Positions 28,371 through 42,736 of a stretch of 64,000 nucleotides of DNA are shown piece after piece. Location of the stretch: assembly GCA_951406725.2 (NCBI GenBank), contig OX597832.1, positions 15,190,001-15,254,000 of the forward strand. Direction: 5' to 3'. The notes beneath the pieces were generated by a model that saw only the letters and a list, made by a program, of their open reading frames with translations, was not told where the DNA came from and ran no database searches. The position numbers were made by a program, and so were the translations under genes. Numbering within the stretch: the stretch's first letter is position 1; each line of letters begins with the position of its first letter. The stretch is from Octopus vulgaris. Lineage: Eukaryota.

Positions 28371-30084
28371 ATCTATGGAGCTACATAATAGTTACATGCA
28401 AAAAAGAAATATTTCACACGTTGAAATTTTCCTTGCATTTTATATATTTCAATTAGAAAATGGCGTTCTATTTCCAGAAAGCATTTTGTGTTGTATAGTG
28501 CAACACTTTTCGTTTTCTTCTCATCTATTCTCTCTCAATCTATGCACACTTTTATCCATCAACACACACATGCATACGCATGTAAGCACAAGTATATAAA
28601 GATATACGTGTGTTTTACAATCTATATATGTCAAACATTACTTCTTCCTCAGTAATGGAATTAAATGTTATATTCTGATATTTTAAACGTAGCCGTATGA
28701 TATATAATGACAGACAGCTTACTGAACTCTAAAGCATATCCAACAGAAAGTGTATGAATATCATATGTATTAAAATCTCAGGTTTAACTTCAGCATACTA
28801 ATAAATGAAAAACAAAACTAAAAGAGGAATTATTATTTTTGGTTTTGTTTTTCATAGAATGAAGCCATTTTTTCATATGCAGATTCTTGGAACATAATGT
28901 TAATGCATTTAAAAGAAAATAATGAACTTTGGTGTAGAGAGATGAAAACTAACTTTACATTCAAGTTGATAAGCTTTGGTTGTTGTTGCGGTTTTCTAAA
29001 ATGTCTATAGATAGGCTAGGTTCTGCCAAAGATATGGTAATGGTTAAATCAGTCTATCAAAAATCATGAAGTCTTTGTCAACTTAGGCATTTTTAATTAC
29101 TCTACTTCAAGTTAAATGCTATTTAATCTTAAAGCACACATGCACACACACACAAACATACACACATATTTGTAGCTGATCAGCTGAACTTATGATACCG
29201 TAATCACTTTCCAAATCAGTTTTTCGAACGCTGTGTTATATTGCTCATTGCAAGATTGAAAACTGAATTTGAGCGCCAACGGTTTGAAAACTTGCATAAT
29301 ACTGAGATAAGTTGGCATGCCTTTGATATTTACTGATATTATTCAACTAAATATAATCTAATCAATTCACCTTATAGTATATACTGTTAAATATATTAAT
29401 ATATAGAGGTATTCATCAGCTCTTTGATGCATATAGTATCGATAACAACCGACACTATACTGAAGAATTATTTGTTTCCTTGTAAGCGACAGTCAGCAAT
29501 GAAACACTTACTCCTCTCAGGTCACTCAAATCAATCAACTAGTAAATACGTAAAGAAATGGTATTTGCGTAACTCATAATGCGTTGAATATAATGTTTAT
29601 TATAATTAAATTTCTCGTTACTTTTAAGTAAAGTTAGTACTACTTTTTTAATAATGGAAACGATAAATTCAGTGGGACAGGTAAACTGAGGAATAGACAA
29701 CTAGACTATTTTTTTTCAGATCATCAATTATTTACGTGATTGAAACGCTCCTTTTCCCCTCTACGACAAGATGTAATAATTTTATATTTTCTCATAATAT
29801 TCTTTTCAGAAATACAGATATATAACAGTGCCCATATTCCAAAAATGGAAGAGCCGTCTTTGAAAATGCAAATTATCTGTGCCTTAATTATTTTCGATTA
29901 ACATAATGTGTACGTTAACTACGGTGAATTGCAATAATTTCTCTTTGTTATTAGGCTGAATTTCCAGATTCCGTTGCCTTTTTATCGCATTTATAAGAGA
30001 TCCTCTATCTTTACACACACGAATTGTATCGCATATTAATGAACCGCGTCGATTTATATTCGTTAACATTATAAACAATTATGT

Positions 30085-30280
30085 AGTATATATAAATCAT
30101 AATATATGTATGTATATTGAGTAGCGCATATATTTATACAATTCTGGACCTATTTTCACCAAACTTTACACACATATTACTTATAAGTCAAGAATGATCT
30201 TGCACTATAATATTTTGCCCAGAATCCCGTACATATGGAGAAACTGGGAAGACCGTGGTTTACACGGGTTTTTCGCTAAT
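30085..30280 (+). mobile_element. Possible short non-autonomous Helitron-like element
   Basis: Subterminal hairpin ccgtg-gttta-cacgg (30253-30267) about 8 nt before CTAAT (CTRR-like end); 5' tatatataaa followed by a tatg microsatellite. Confidence 0.4.
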
Positions 30281-32840
30281 TGCGTTTACGTACATAGCTA
30301 CTTGTGTGTAGGGTCATCTATACTTTCTTAATCTATATATTGGCATTAGAGAATGTGTTTTACTGTTTTTCTCAATTTATGTATTTATCATTTATTTATA
30401 TACTGACTATTCTACCACACCTAACATGGTATTTCCTGCAAACAGCGATCGGAATACTTGACTATGAAGTGCCGTACGCTTCACAAATCTTCGACAGTAC
30501 TTCTCTCCGTCACAGCCACATCACTTTTGAAAATTCTGTGAAATATTCATAAGGTAATAATGTTACATGCAAGAAAGCATTAAACTCTAACAATTTATAT
30601 ATCGACCTTTATTAATAATCTGGGGATACAATTTCCTCTATTGCAAAAATTATCCTGTGCGATAAAATAAAAATAGATATTATTTCCTGTCATATTTTCA
30701 ATCGCCAAAACTGTGACGTTTTCCGTATCATTTCTTTTTGCCCACTAATATTTACAACTTTCTGAAAACATCTCACCACCTATTTTTTCTTAATCTACTA
30801 AGATTTAAATTTTTATGTGCAGGCATAAAATGGGTGTACCCTGAACAGTAAAAAGTAGATACAGCTATTCATTGGCATTTCAATACCATCTGCTTATCTT
30901 AAAATTTAATCTCAAAATGTCCCTGTTCTTGCGATTATTTTATCGAGAAATATTTCTTTAAATATTTCGCACCTTACGTCTATGCAAGAATTAGTTATAG
31001 GAGATTGTAGATGATATTATCTTGTCGAATAAGATTTTTATCTTCTTTATTTCCGATATTTTACTTCCCGATATTTCCAGAATTTTGAAAATCTCTATCA
31101 GTCAGTTGGGGTTTCTTACGTTTTAGATGCGATATTATACTTAGTACACGGGTCGATAACAAAATTACATTTTATCGTATTTGTTCATTAACATTTTGAT
31201 TAATATTGACTTTCGTATTTATTTTCTTTGTTTTCGACTGAATATTAATCATGATGTCAATGAACAAATATAATGAAATTTGATTTTTGTAACTAATAAT
31301 ATGATTCTTATTATTGATTCCGTTGCTAATTATAGCATGATTCTTTTTTATCGATTCTGTTACTAATTACTCTAGGAAGTGATGAAATGCTTAGATTTCA
31401 CCGTTACAGATTTGCACTCAGAATGTAAAATAGACCAATGATACACATTGATATATTTTAAATATTTACATATTCAGTGTGGCCCTGATTTTGATTTCCG
31501 TTCATTCAGATCTACATCATGTAACGGAAATGTTTTCTCTCCATACAATCATATGTAATCGTATAAACTTTTCTTTTATTAACGTTTCTCAATATAGACA
31601 ATTATGACACCTGCAGATGATTCTCCATTATGAATCATATAGCACAGGAAAATATGTCAACGAGATCTTTAGAGTCTTGCAAATAGGTTTTGTGGTATTT
31701 TCCCCAGCTCTTTCCACTCTGAGTTCAAAAGTTACCATTGTCGAAATTTTACATACATTCTCCGGTGTCGATAAATTGAAGCCCCAGTCAATAGGTGCGA
31801 AGATGTTATCGACTGGAACTTTCATTTCAAAATAGATAGGTTCGTCTATATCGGTGGATGGTATAGGCTAATTTAAGGATAAATAACCCCCAAAATTTTC
31901 TTTAATTTATATTTTCATACATTTCTTTCCAACAAATATGTAACAAAAATGTATTGACGATATCCAAAATGAATATACGCATTCGAGAAAAAAGAACATG
32001 GTTAAGATTTATGGCTATGCTGTACGTGTATCAAGAATGATAAAATGAATGTATACTAGAAACGTATATGTATACACATTTTTACATGTATTCTACTATG
32101 AGTTGTATCTTTGTTTTCTTAGAAACTGTGCTTCGTAAAAATAGTTAACTTCGATAATATGTTTTACCATGCGTTTGGGTATTAGTTTCACATATTTATT
32201 TCATATCTTCTTTTCCAATTTGCATATGTGACATTATCAAGTCCGCGATGTTGTAATGCATCACATGTTATTTAGATTTTCTTTGTTAAACCTTGTTATT
32301 TTTCAGAAGGAAAGACAGAAACAAACTGAAGTTCTATATAGAGAAACATGAACAAAGTCCTATATAGGTGCAGAGATTGACAGCATAAATGTTGGTTTTA
32401 TGTCCCAGGCTATAGTGTGAAATGCAATTAGATCTAAACTCGCACAATGCAAATAAGCACACTATATATATACATATATATATGTGTATACACAAACATA
32501 AATACATAGCCACGCACGCAGGCTTACATTCTCACTCACTCACACACACATATACATATGCGCAAATAAACATATTCATTGTAGCAAACGTCCGCATTTT
32601 TTTCCATAATAAATATTCAATATTTTGTGTTAGGGAGACATGCATCGTCTTTGTTGTTCTATGCGCTGCCAATCAGTCTAAGCCTTTAAACCGATACTTC
32701 AGAGGCCGCATTAACGGCTAATGTGGAATGTATCTTTCTTATGTTGGTAATAAGTGGTAAATTCATAAACAATTATAACCAGCCACTTAAATGCATATTT
32801 ATCTGCGTGTATACATTCATATACGCACATATGTATGTGC

Positions 32841-32872
<32 letters not shown>

Positions 32873-33056
32873 TTGTGTGTGTGTATGTGTGTCTGTGTGT
32901 GCATGTGTGTGTGTGTATGAGAAATATATATATATATATGTAAATATATGTGTATATACATATGCACACACATATATTATAGAAGCTTCTATGCCTGCAC
33001 ATTCAAAAACATATACATTTTCATAATTATTCGCATACATATACACACGCATTCCC

Positions 33057-33139
<83 letters not shown>

Positions 33140-34499
33140 CATATATATATACAAATTTAATAACATGTGTATGTGTCCGTGTGTATGTGTGTGTGTGATT
33201 ACTTGCGTGTGTATCTGAATACATCCTTGCAACATTTTGTAACTGGATTTATATATGCTGCATGATTGTATGAATCGTGTTTGTTTTCATTTAAACAAAG
33301 TACAGTTGCTTTGGACATTTATATTGTATCCATGTTGCAAAATTCTGTACTTTCCTTACGAGCAGCGTAGTGCCTTTAGTTGTATATGCTATATTTGTTT
33401 CCTTACCATGTCTTTATCACATTATATGCTACTAATCGTCAGCTGAACTATATTAAAATGTCGGTTATTTCAGCCTAGATTTAACGTGAATCACATCCAT
33501 TTTTAATGCTGTTTGCATTTAGCTTTATGTCCATGCCTGGGAAATTTCGTTAATTTCTGTTTTTATTTTTATATTTATATTAACTATTTAACGTTTTACT
33601 GGATAATATTGAACAGTAGTGGTCTTGCGAACATATGTGCCTGTTAGTTCATCTTATAAAACTTACTTCATTCTTAATACCTCTTAGAATTTCAACCCAC
33701 CTACTATAATGTCTTTGGGTTTCTCGTTATTATGTGTTGTGTTTTCTTTTCTTTACCAGTTTTGTATTAAAATATACACTTTTTATAACTTCATTTCTTA
33801 AAATTAGATTGAATGTTTATATGGAATATTATACAATATTTCGGCTTTAATACTGTGGATGTCGCTAGACGTATCGCTTAACTTGCTCGGATTAACTGAC
33901 ACAGCAACATATGATTTTAGAAATGACTGATAAAGTGAGCTACATTTACAATATCTGGAGAAATTTCGGGATTATGTATTTACTTGTTCTGCAGGTTGTG
34001 TGGTTGACTAAAGCGTGCACAAATCTTGAAACTGGTTGCATTAATGGTAGTATTATTGATTCTGCATTGTTACAAGTCATTGTTTGACAGAAAGTAATGA
34101 TTAGCGACATACTACCAGTGTGATACATGTACGGGCAGGAAATATTTGTTGTAGGGCTTATCGAGGGCACATCAAGGGAAATGCAAATGATGCTAGGCTT
34201 TGGGTCGGCGATGTTTGCTTCATTTTATATGATCCTAGTAGATTTCCTGTCAAGCATCAATATCGATTGTGATGTGAAATCTATACCGCATTGTAGAATA
34301 AACCTGAGCTCCGAAAAATTTCAGGTGATAACAAATATTACAATACTACAGTATTTCATGCAGATCTTTGCATATTAATGATAAAGTTTTTAGAGAAACG
34401 ATCTTCGGAGATAAAGAGAACGAGAGAGACAGAGACAGAGACAGACAGAGACAGACAGCGAGACAGGGACAGACAGACAGAGACTTAACAAATTTCGTC

Positions 34500-35000
34500 G
34501 CTGTCAAATCTTTCGACGCATTTCTTTAGAGTTAATTTATAATGCATGGTGGAACTTCCATATTTGAAGAAGCTCTTGTGTTTTCTGATGCTGCTTACAT
34601 ATGATTGATTACAGCGTTGTCTCACGGAGTTTTTGATCATTAAATCAGCGTGTCTTCTGCATACAGTATCTATGTGGCGAGTAGTTGATTTAGTTTTAGG
34701 GAAAGCCATGGATAATTAATTGCTGCATTAGGTGGGCATTCATGAGTGTGGATATATAGCACGAAGTTATGGAGAGCGAAATACGTGCCAAGTGATAGCT
34801 TCATAGATAGTAAAATAGAAATATATACGTGACTAAAAATTAATGATACAGCGAGTTGAAAAGAAGCTAACGAAATATGAAATGAAGGTCAGTTAGAGGT
34901 CATTCAGAGGCAGAGCCGTGAAGGCATTTATACTAAACATTAGAGAAGCCTTGCTGGGGCACATTAAGACAACGTTGTTTTCATCAAATATCGCAAGAAC
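34500..35000 (-). mobile_element. Possible highly decayed LINE (CR1/Jockey-like) 3' region
   Basis: Weak resemblance of HIDTVCRRHADLMI...SFFKYGSS to the LDxIQRRAxRLI...LFYRYxxG C-terminal pattern. Confidence 0.3.
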
Positions 35001-35151
35001 ACTTTCGTTGTCATGGAGGAAATGAGTAGTGTGTCTGGAATATTCGTTAGAAAATACTTTAATTTACTTTCGACTGCAAATGTACCATGCTATTCTGCAT
35101 CATGTTTTTTCTAAGGACATTTACAAAGTGTATGCCGGTGGCACAATAATG

Positions 35152-35169
35152 GTAGTAGTAATTAGTAGC

Positions 35170-35237
<68 letters not shown>

Positions 35238-35351
35238 CAGCAGTAGTAGTAGTAGTAGCTGCAGTAGTGGTAGTAGTAGAAGTGGTAGTATTAGTTGTAA
35301 ATGTTATAGTAGTAGTGGTGGTGGTAATAATAGTAGTAGTAGTAGTATTTA

Positions 35352-35410
<59 letters not shown>
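35152..35410. repeat. (AGT)n microsatellite
   Basis: Direct inspection. Confidence 0.95.
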
Positions 35411-38037
35411 ACAACAGAACCTGTTGAATTAGCAGCTGGAGTGAAAACTAAGTGAAATCGTACGCGTTAAGAATACAAGAATAGAACGAAATAATAGCGA
35501 CATTAGCCGCAACTGCAAAATTAATAGTTGTATTAGAAATGGTAGACGATGTATGTACAGCATCAACTGCGATAACCTGAGCAGAGTCAGAGAGAAATCT
35601 GTTGTAGGAGACTAGCTATTTCGTGATTTAATTTAAGCTTCGAACTTTTTGCCATAGTTATATGTTTCATTGCTTTTGGTGCTTCCTGGTTTTTATTTAT
35701 TTTGATAAATATCGAGAAGTTATCCTTATTTAGGGATGTTGAGGATGAATCCGTCTTACTTATATATGTGACTTTGTCCCAACATTTGAAGTAATTTTTT
35801 TATGCAATTGTGTTTTATTTGAACTCATGAGACAATTTGTCTCCTGAGTTGATTCTGTCCTCCACTAAACTTAGCATTTTCTTACTTGTTTCTAATTCCT
35901 GGCGTTTAAATATTCATAGCTAGTAGGCTATTCTTCTAGGAAACCAAGTAGAATTGTCTTATTTTGAATTCTCCGTCTACACAATCAAACGTTCATAAAT
36001 AAGATGAAAAGTTTCAAAAAGTACGAATATCAGATCATTTGATTTATGGGTTCTTTGATGTTTGCGATCGATATATATTATCATTTAGTATATCTCATCA
36101 TTCCTTTACTTTCTGAAACACACATCACAATTTCTGTATAGAAAAATGAGTTATAGAAATGAAATCATATCTTGGATGTCAGAAGAGAAGAAAATAAATT
36201 AAATGGAAGTCAATAATATTGCAAAATTAAAAATATTGCATTATGTTTATAGGTTTTAAATTTCATGAATTTTATTTTACATAATTTCATTTCTTTATTC
36301 CAGTGACATTTGCAAATGTGTTATTTCCTTCTCGGTATGTTGGGAAATATTACCCAACACTTGCATCTCAACAAATACTAAGATTTCACTATCGAACACA
36401 ATAATAATCATTATCATAAACATTTTTATCATCCAGTTTTCAATATGCTATGCATCCCACAACGTGAAGTTTTTGTTTCTTTGTTATACTTTGTGTATCA
36501 AATTATATCATGATTCTCATCGTTCTCATGATAACTTTTATCGTTTATATTATATTCTCAATAACATTAAACGAATTCTTAAAAGATACTAAAAAAACAG
36601 TCACACCAAATGCCTACATCATCACAAAAAACAATCTACTCACATGAATGCAGACACACAGAAAACTTATGGTAATAAGTAGGATATCATATTTGTGTGT
36701 ATGAGAGTTTGTCTCTCTCCATATATTCTTGTTTGTATATTTATATATATGGTATAAACACACACACATGCATGCACACTCACACATAAACGCACATATA
36801 AACGCACACACATACAAGCTCACACATACATGCAAACAGATATATATTTTCTTGTCTGAATATGTATACTAAAAGTAGCTATGTATAGCTGGAATATTAC
36901 TGTAGTGTTTTTTATTTGACACTTAATGACATGTTTTAACATAACATTCCCACCATTGATAAATATGTTATGCCAGTTCAAAACACGCAGTGGGTAATAT
37001 CTTACAAGATTTTCGACTCAAAACTCAGCAGGAGTGTAATACTAAAGTCATTATTTCTATGACTAACTATTGGTAAAAAAGTATAAATTCGGTGATTTCA
37101 TTCGTTAAAACGTTTAGATTAGTAAAATGTTTAGTAACAAAAATCATTTCTCATTTACATTTTGTGTATAAAATGGTTATAGTTCAATACTGTAATGACT
37201 CATGTGTTGGCCAATAATTAGTTATCCGCTAACATTAGTTATTCGCTAGCTTCAAGCACACATCACTATACAAGAAGCTGTCCTGCCACGTTTCACGTAG
37301 GTTTTCATTAGTAACTGACAGGTGTTCCCGAAAGTAGTGAGGACTGGAAACCTGGATCGAGGAGCATTGATCAACTGAACAATGTATGGCAAGTTACAGG
37401 AAATTGAATCCAGGAAAAAATAACCACGGTTAGAATGTTCTAACGAGTAGCTCAAATATGACATCTATATACAGACAAGATCATATGTTGAAATATTTCA
37501 AATTTAAAAAAAATATCCGCAGACAATAAGATAATTTCACAAAATATGATCGAAAGCATATCTTGTTCATAATACTAATACGTTTAGTTGTGTTTGTCGA
37601 TCTACGTACCTGTAGTGTGTGCCACACTTACTTTAAAAGGAATGACTAAAACTATTTGAAGGGAGACGCAAACCAGCAAAGTGGAGGAAGGAAGAGGGGT
37701 TGAGAAAGAGACAGGGGGAAGATTGATAGCGCTGAGAGGTAAGAGAAATATAAGGCGTTAAACGAGAGAAATATAACACGTTAAACACAGGGGGATAGTT
37801 AGAGGCAAGGATATATAGAGGAGGGAAAGTGTAGGGACGGGGATGAGAGAGAACGAGAGAGTCAGAGAGCGAGGGAAACAATGAGAGGGAGAGAGATTGA
37901 GTGAAGGAAGGGAGTGGATAGAAAATAATAATGACAACGCTGGTAAACTTTTCATTTTCGACCATACATGATAAAGCCGATATAATTGCAAAAAGAAATG
38001 TCGCCTAACTGTCTATCTGAGAATAATCCTCTCTGTT

Positions 38038-38085
<48 letters not shown>

Positions 38086-41000
38086 ACTGTCTCTCTGTCT
38101 GTCTGTCTGTCTCAATCTCTCTCTCTCTCTCTCTCTCAGCAAATGGCTGTGGATGTTACAGTTACTTTTCTATAGTTACTGTACACTTTTCAACATCGAA
38201 ACAAAAGTCTTTACTTAGATCAAAAGAAAAGTAGATACATAGATCGAAAGAAAAGTTGATGCATACATGCACGCATTGTTAAGCTAAAATCCGGCGAGAG
38301 ACGGGTCACAGAGTAAATCAGATACAAAGATCGAAAGAAAAGTTGATACATTGATACATAGACACATTCTTAATACAGCAAGTAATGGATATCACTTTCA
38401 CCTATCATTACCACACGAGGTTAAAATTAACTCGCAAGTGGCGCTGTACACCACCATTAATGTAGTTGTCAGGGAGATTTAGCCTCACACAGGATATGAC
38501 AATGCTGCTTCCTTTCACTACACCGTTTTTTTGGGCTAGTTGAGTGGACTGGAGCAATAGAAACCTTCAAGCGGTTGGAGGAAACCGAAGAAAGATCATA
38601 TATAGCGGCAGAAAAATATTTTTAGTCATTAGGTTCACTATGGATGTTAATCCGGTGCTAACAGCGGCATTTGTAGGTCTCACAGATGTGGAGACCAAGA
38701 CTCCAGATAGGCAGCAGAAGAGACTGATAGAATCAGGACCAGGCTTACCAGCAATATGTCCAAGGGTTGATTTATTCGAGTAAATGGAGCTGCTCCAGCT
38801 TGACCATAAGCAAATCACTGGAAGAAAAGAATACCTGAAGAACCTTCTGTAGCGCTAAACGAAGAAGGTTCTTTGAATATGTATGGTGTATTTAAGGCTA
38901 AATTGTAATTCTATCTACGTTTGCGTAACTCAGATATTTTAGTTGGAATATATAGTTATCGGTTTTACACGTCTTACTATATTCTGTAACTGTCAAAATA
39001 TAGAAACATTTCTCATAACACCAGCACCCAATCTTGAAATGCTAATATTTTTTATGTTTACCGTTAAGCTTTCACCGGTCCAGCTAGTAAAATATAATTA
39101 TACATCAAGCGCCCAACGTCTAATACAACGATTAGCTAACAAACATATTATTCGAAACGTTACTTTGTCTTAGGCTTCAGCGTTGATGTTTGTAAGTTTT
39201 TGTTTCCCTTATAATACTACTCATAGTTAAGCCAACTGGTGGCCGATACCAGTATTACAATAATTTCCTTGTATTAGGTCACAGACTATACGGATTAAAA
39301 TACATTGAAGATGACAGTTTAATTAGTTCTTCATTCATTTGAGTACGGAAAGTACCTATATATTGGCTGCATTTAAAAAAAACAATGTATTTTCTTTTAG
39401 ACAACATTTAAAAAATTATACATAGGATAGTGCAACACCAAACCTGTTCGTAAACCGATACACACACCTGATTTACATATATAAGTCATCAGTATACAGG
39501 AGGTCGAATGTACACTAATATGAGCCCATCGTTTCTGAAATATCGTATACCAATTTCTGAACACTCACTATATATTTGTTTGAGAATGCAAGTCCGAGAA
39601 CTGAAATTCATTTGATGTGCCTAATAACGTGCGTATACATATTGAATATACTGACATCTTTTAAGAAAATTATTCCATTTGGAATTCTTTTCGATTTTAT
39701 TTTAAATGGCAATAACCTTCATCGAGGTAGATTTTATCTGAGTCATCTTATATCGTAATCCTCGAAAATGTCACAGGATAATCATTTGCAGAGAAATTGC
39801 CCGAGTGAAAATTTACAGTAAATGTTTACAAGATGTTGTCCTTTGTCCTATGAACGGCATTAAATATTATATGATTTGTATTAGCATACAATAATTCCTA
39901 TATCTACATGGTTCTACTTATATAGACGCTATCGTCTACCAGTCAATAAACAATTTAAGATATTTTATTTTATCACACTTCGCTGTATGCATGATAATGT
40001 TCTCCGAAACTACTTATATAGAATGGTGTTTGTTTATCATGAAAAAAATATTTTAGTTCACCGAATGGCCAGTTTCATCTTAATATTCTTAATATAGCAA
40101 ATAGGCCTTCATTGCTGCAACTACATCACTCGGTGAAGTTTCTTAACTATGTTTGGTAACATACTCTGTGTGAGCATAACTTTAGTGTTTGTTAGACTAA
40201 AAGTGCGTCCAATGAAATGATGATCTACAGAGAACAATTGTCATTAACCATTGCAAACCTCTTCTGGGTGAACTACCAATTCGACATCCTAAGCATGATC
40301 ACATGACGCACTCTAGAGTTGAATCTCAGCCCTCTAACATAAAAATTTACAGACTCAAAACTTGGCCAGACACAAATTGTGCATTCTTCAAAACCAGTAA
40401 CAAAGAAATATCCAGAGAAAAGTATAGAATGAAGTAAAACTTGCAGACGTTAAGGAATTTTGATATTTTTCATTGCATCCATTCTAATTTCTTTCTTAGT
40501 GTGAAATTCCACAATTACATGCGCTATATATGGCCAGTAACAAACTCAGCACCTCGTTTCATACGTACTTAGTTCATATCTGCATAAAGTCAAGATTTCG
40601 AGTGATTGCATGTTCTAAGATTTATCAAGGCTCTGACGTAAGATTAATCCACATCATTTGAGGGATATTCATTTATTGAAAGAACGTATGGCTTTTTTTT
40701 TTTTCGGCTCAGAGCTTCGGCCATGCACCGTCGTTTTGCGCTACAGTCATTACTGGGAGCCTCCTCTAATATGTGGCACTTGATGAAAAATGGAGTTTGA
40801 TATAGCTACCCTCATTTGCACCTGTTGCAGTGAGGTAGACTCATCTGGGATTCTCGACAGGAAGAGGTCCAACTTTGATATAAAAACCCCTACATCTACT
40901 TTGTGCAAGTTCCTCAGACTCTTTGGGAGAATATTAAAAAGCTGTGACTAGATTAAATTATATACAAAAGATTCTCATACCATATTATCTTTGCCAACTC

Positions 41001-41694
41001 GGGCACTGAAATATCCAAATTTTGGGAAGTATGTCCCTTTCTGTAATTGAAATAATCGTTTCAAATCATGGTAAAGCCCATTATAAATTGTCACTGTACA
41101 AATTTGGAATATAAATATAATTTTTGCGAAGTGTTCATTTCAGAGCGGTATATAAAGTAACATGATCCTATTACTTATTCTAAGGGTCTGTTCACAATAA
41201 CCAGATAATTGCAAAACTTGTCCCACCATCACCCATTTCTCATTAGATGTGCCCTATAAGTAACCGAAAACAATTTGTATAACATATCTTTATCAGACTG
41301 TCTCAATTCTTGTAGACTCACTGTATATTTTTCTGCCTAAAACATCGCTATAACTACAATTGCTGTGCTGCGTTCAGGTTTATTGAATTTCTACAAATCA
41401 AACAGAAATCGCACATACCACAAACCCTGTAGCATCTACATTTTTCACATAAACTGATCGATTTTTCATCCTGCTCAAACAGATATTTATCATCCCCAGA
41501 CTCCTGACCAGCATTAAACGAAACGATGACTTCAGGTCATATTTTCTAGGCCACAATCCCCCAGCAACGTATGCAGTATTCTCGTAAACTTTAGGGCTGC
41601 TGGGTGACATGAACTTCATTTAAAAGTCTCAGCGATATGGTGATAAACCTCGTGCTATCAGACGTTCGATTTATGTGTATTCTTTTATACATTT

Positions 41695-41850
41695 ATTCTC
41701 TTATTTGTTTCAATCATTTGGCTGCGGCTATGTTGGAAAACTACCTTTTAGTCGAAAAAATACAACCCAGGAATTATACTTTGTAAGCCTAGTACTTATT
41801 CTATCACTTTTTGCCGAACTGGTAGGTTACGGAGATATAAATACGAAGAT
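41695..41850 (-). mobile_element. 3' fragment of family B SINE
   Basis: Reverse complement similar to 51650-51785 (gtaagcctagtacttattc, ttttgccgaac). Confidence 0.75.
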
Positions 41851-42311
41851 GTAAATACAAATATTGTCAGTTGCCGGTTCCTATGGGTATGACAATTTGA
41901 ATTGTTCAGATAAAATCTAAATTTTTTAATTTAAATTCTCTCTGAAGAATGCAATTAACTCTAGCCTGAAGAAGCGCAACTAACGAAATGTACACAAAAA
42001 GATGCAAATTGTGCACTTGGCATTAGTTACTGCAATAGCTTGTGTTGGTGCAGAAATATAAAGAACAGCTGAATGAAACTGGATATAAATCTGTGTTCAG
42101 CCGTATTGTAAATTCATTATATTCTTTTCAGAAAACATGCAGTCTCAAGAGAGGCATATGCATTCATCGGTGTGAAGGTAGACGGAGTTTAGTAAATCAA
42201 ACAGACTGGAGATTTTTATACACTCGCTGAGGTTATCCAGCATTAATAACAGGTAGTACTTAATACATTACCCATTTAGAGTCTATATCCCTACCAACCA
42301 ATCATTGAAGC

Positions 42312-42409
<98 letters not shown>

Positions 42410-42420
42410 TATATGTATAT

Positions 42421-42575
42421 CATAATCATCATCATCATCATCATCGTTTAACGTCCGCTTTCCATGCTAGCATGGGATGGACGATTTGACTGAGGACTGG
42501 TGAACCAAATGGCTGCGCTTGGCCCCAATCTAGATCTGACAGAGTTTCTACAGTCATATGCCCTTCTTAACGTCA
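42421..42575 (-). mobile_element. Retroposon/SINE 3' end with (GAT)n tail
   Basis: Minus strand ends ccatgctagcatggaaagcggacgttaaacgatgatgatg; contains palindrome ccatgctagcatgg. Confidence 0.6.
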
Positions 42576-42676
42576 TTCATTTTTAGTTTGCCCGTAATTA
42601 TAATTGTATATATGTATACACACATAGGAACACACACACACATATAAATATGTATATATTTATACATATATATTTA

Positions 42677-42736
<60 letters not shown>

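Noticed and set aside
41398-41619. 73-aa non-repetitive ORF (also 885-1130 and 38544-38818)
   Set aside because: No recognisable motif; length expected by chance or from decayed TEs
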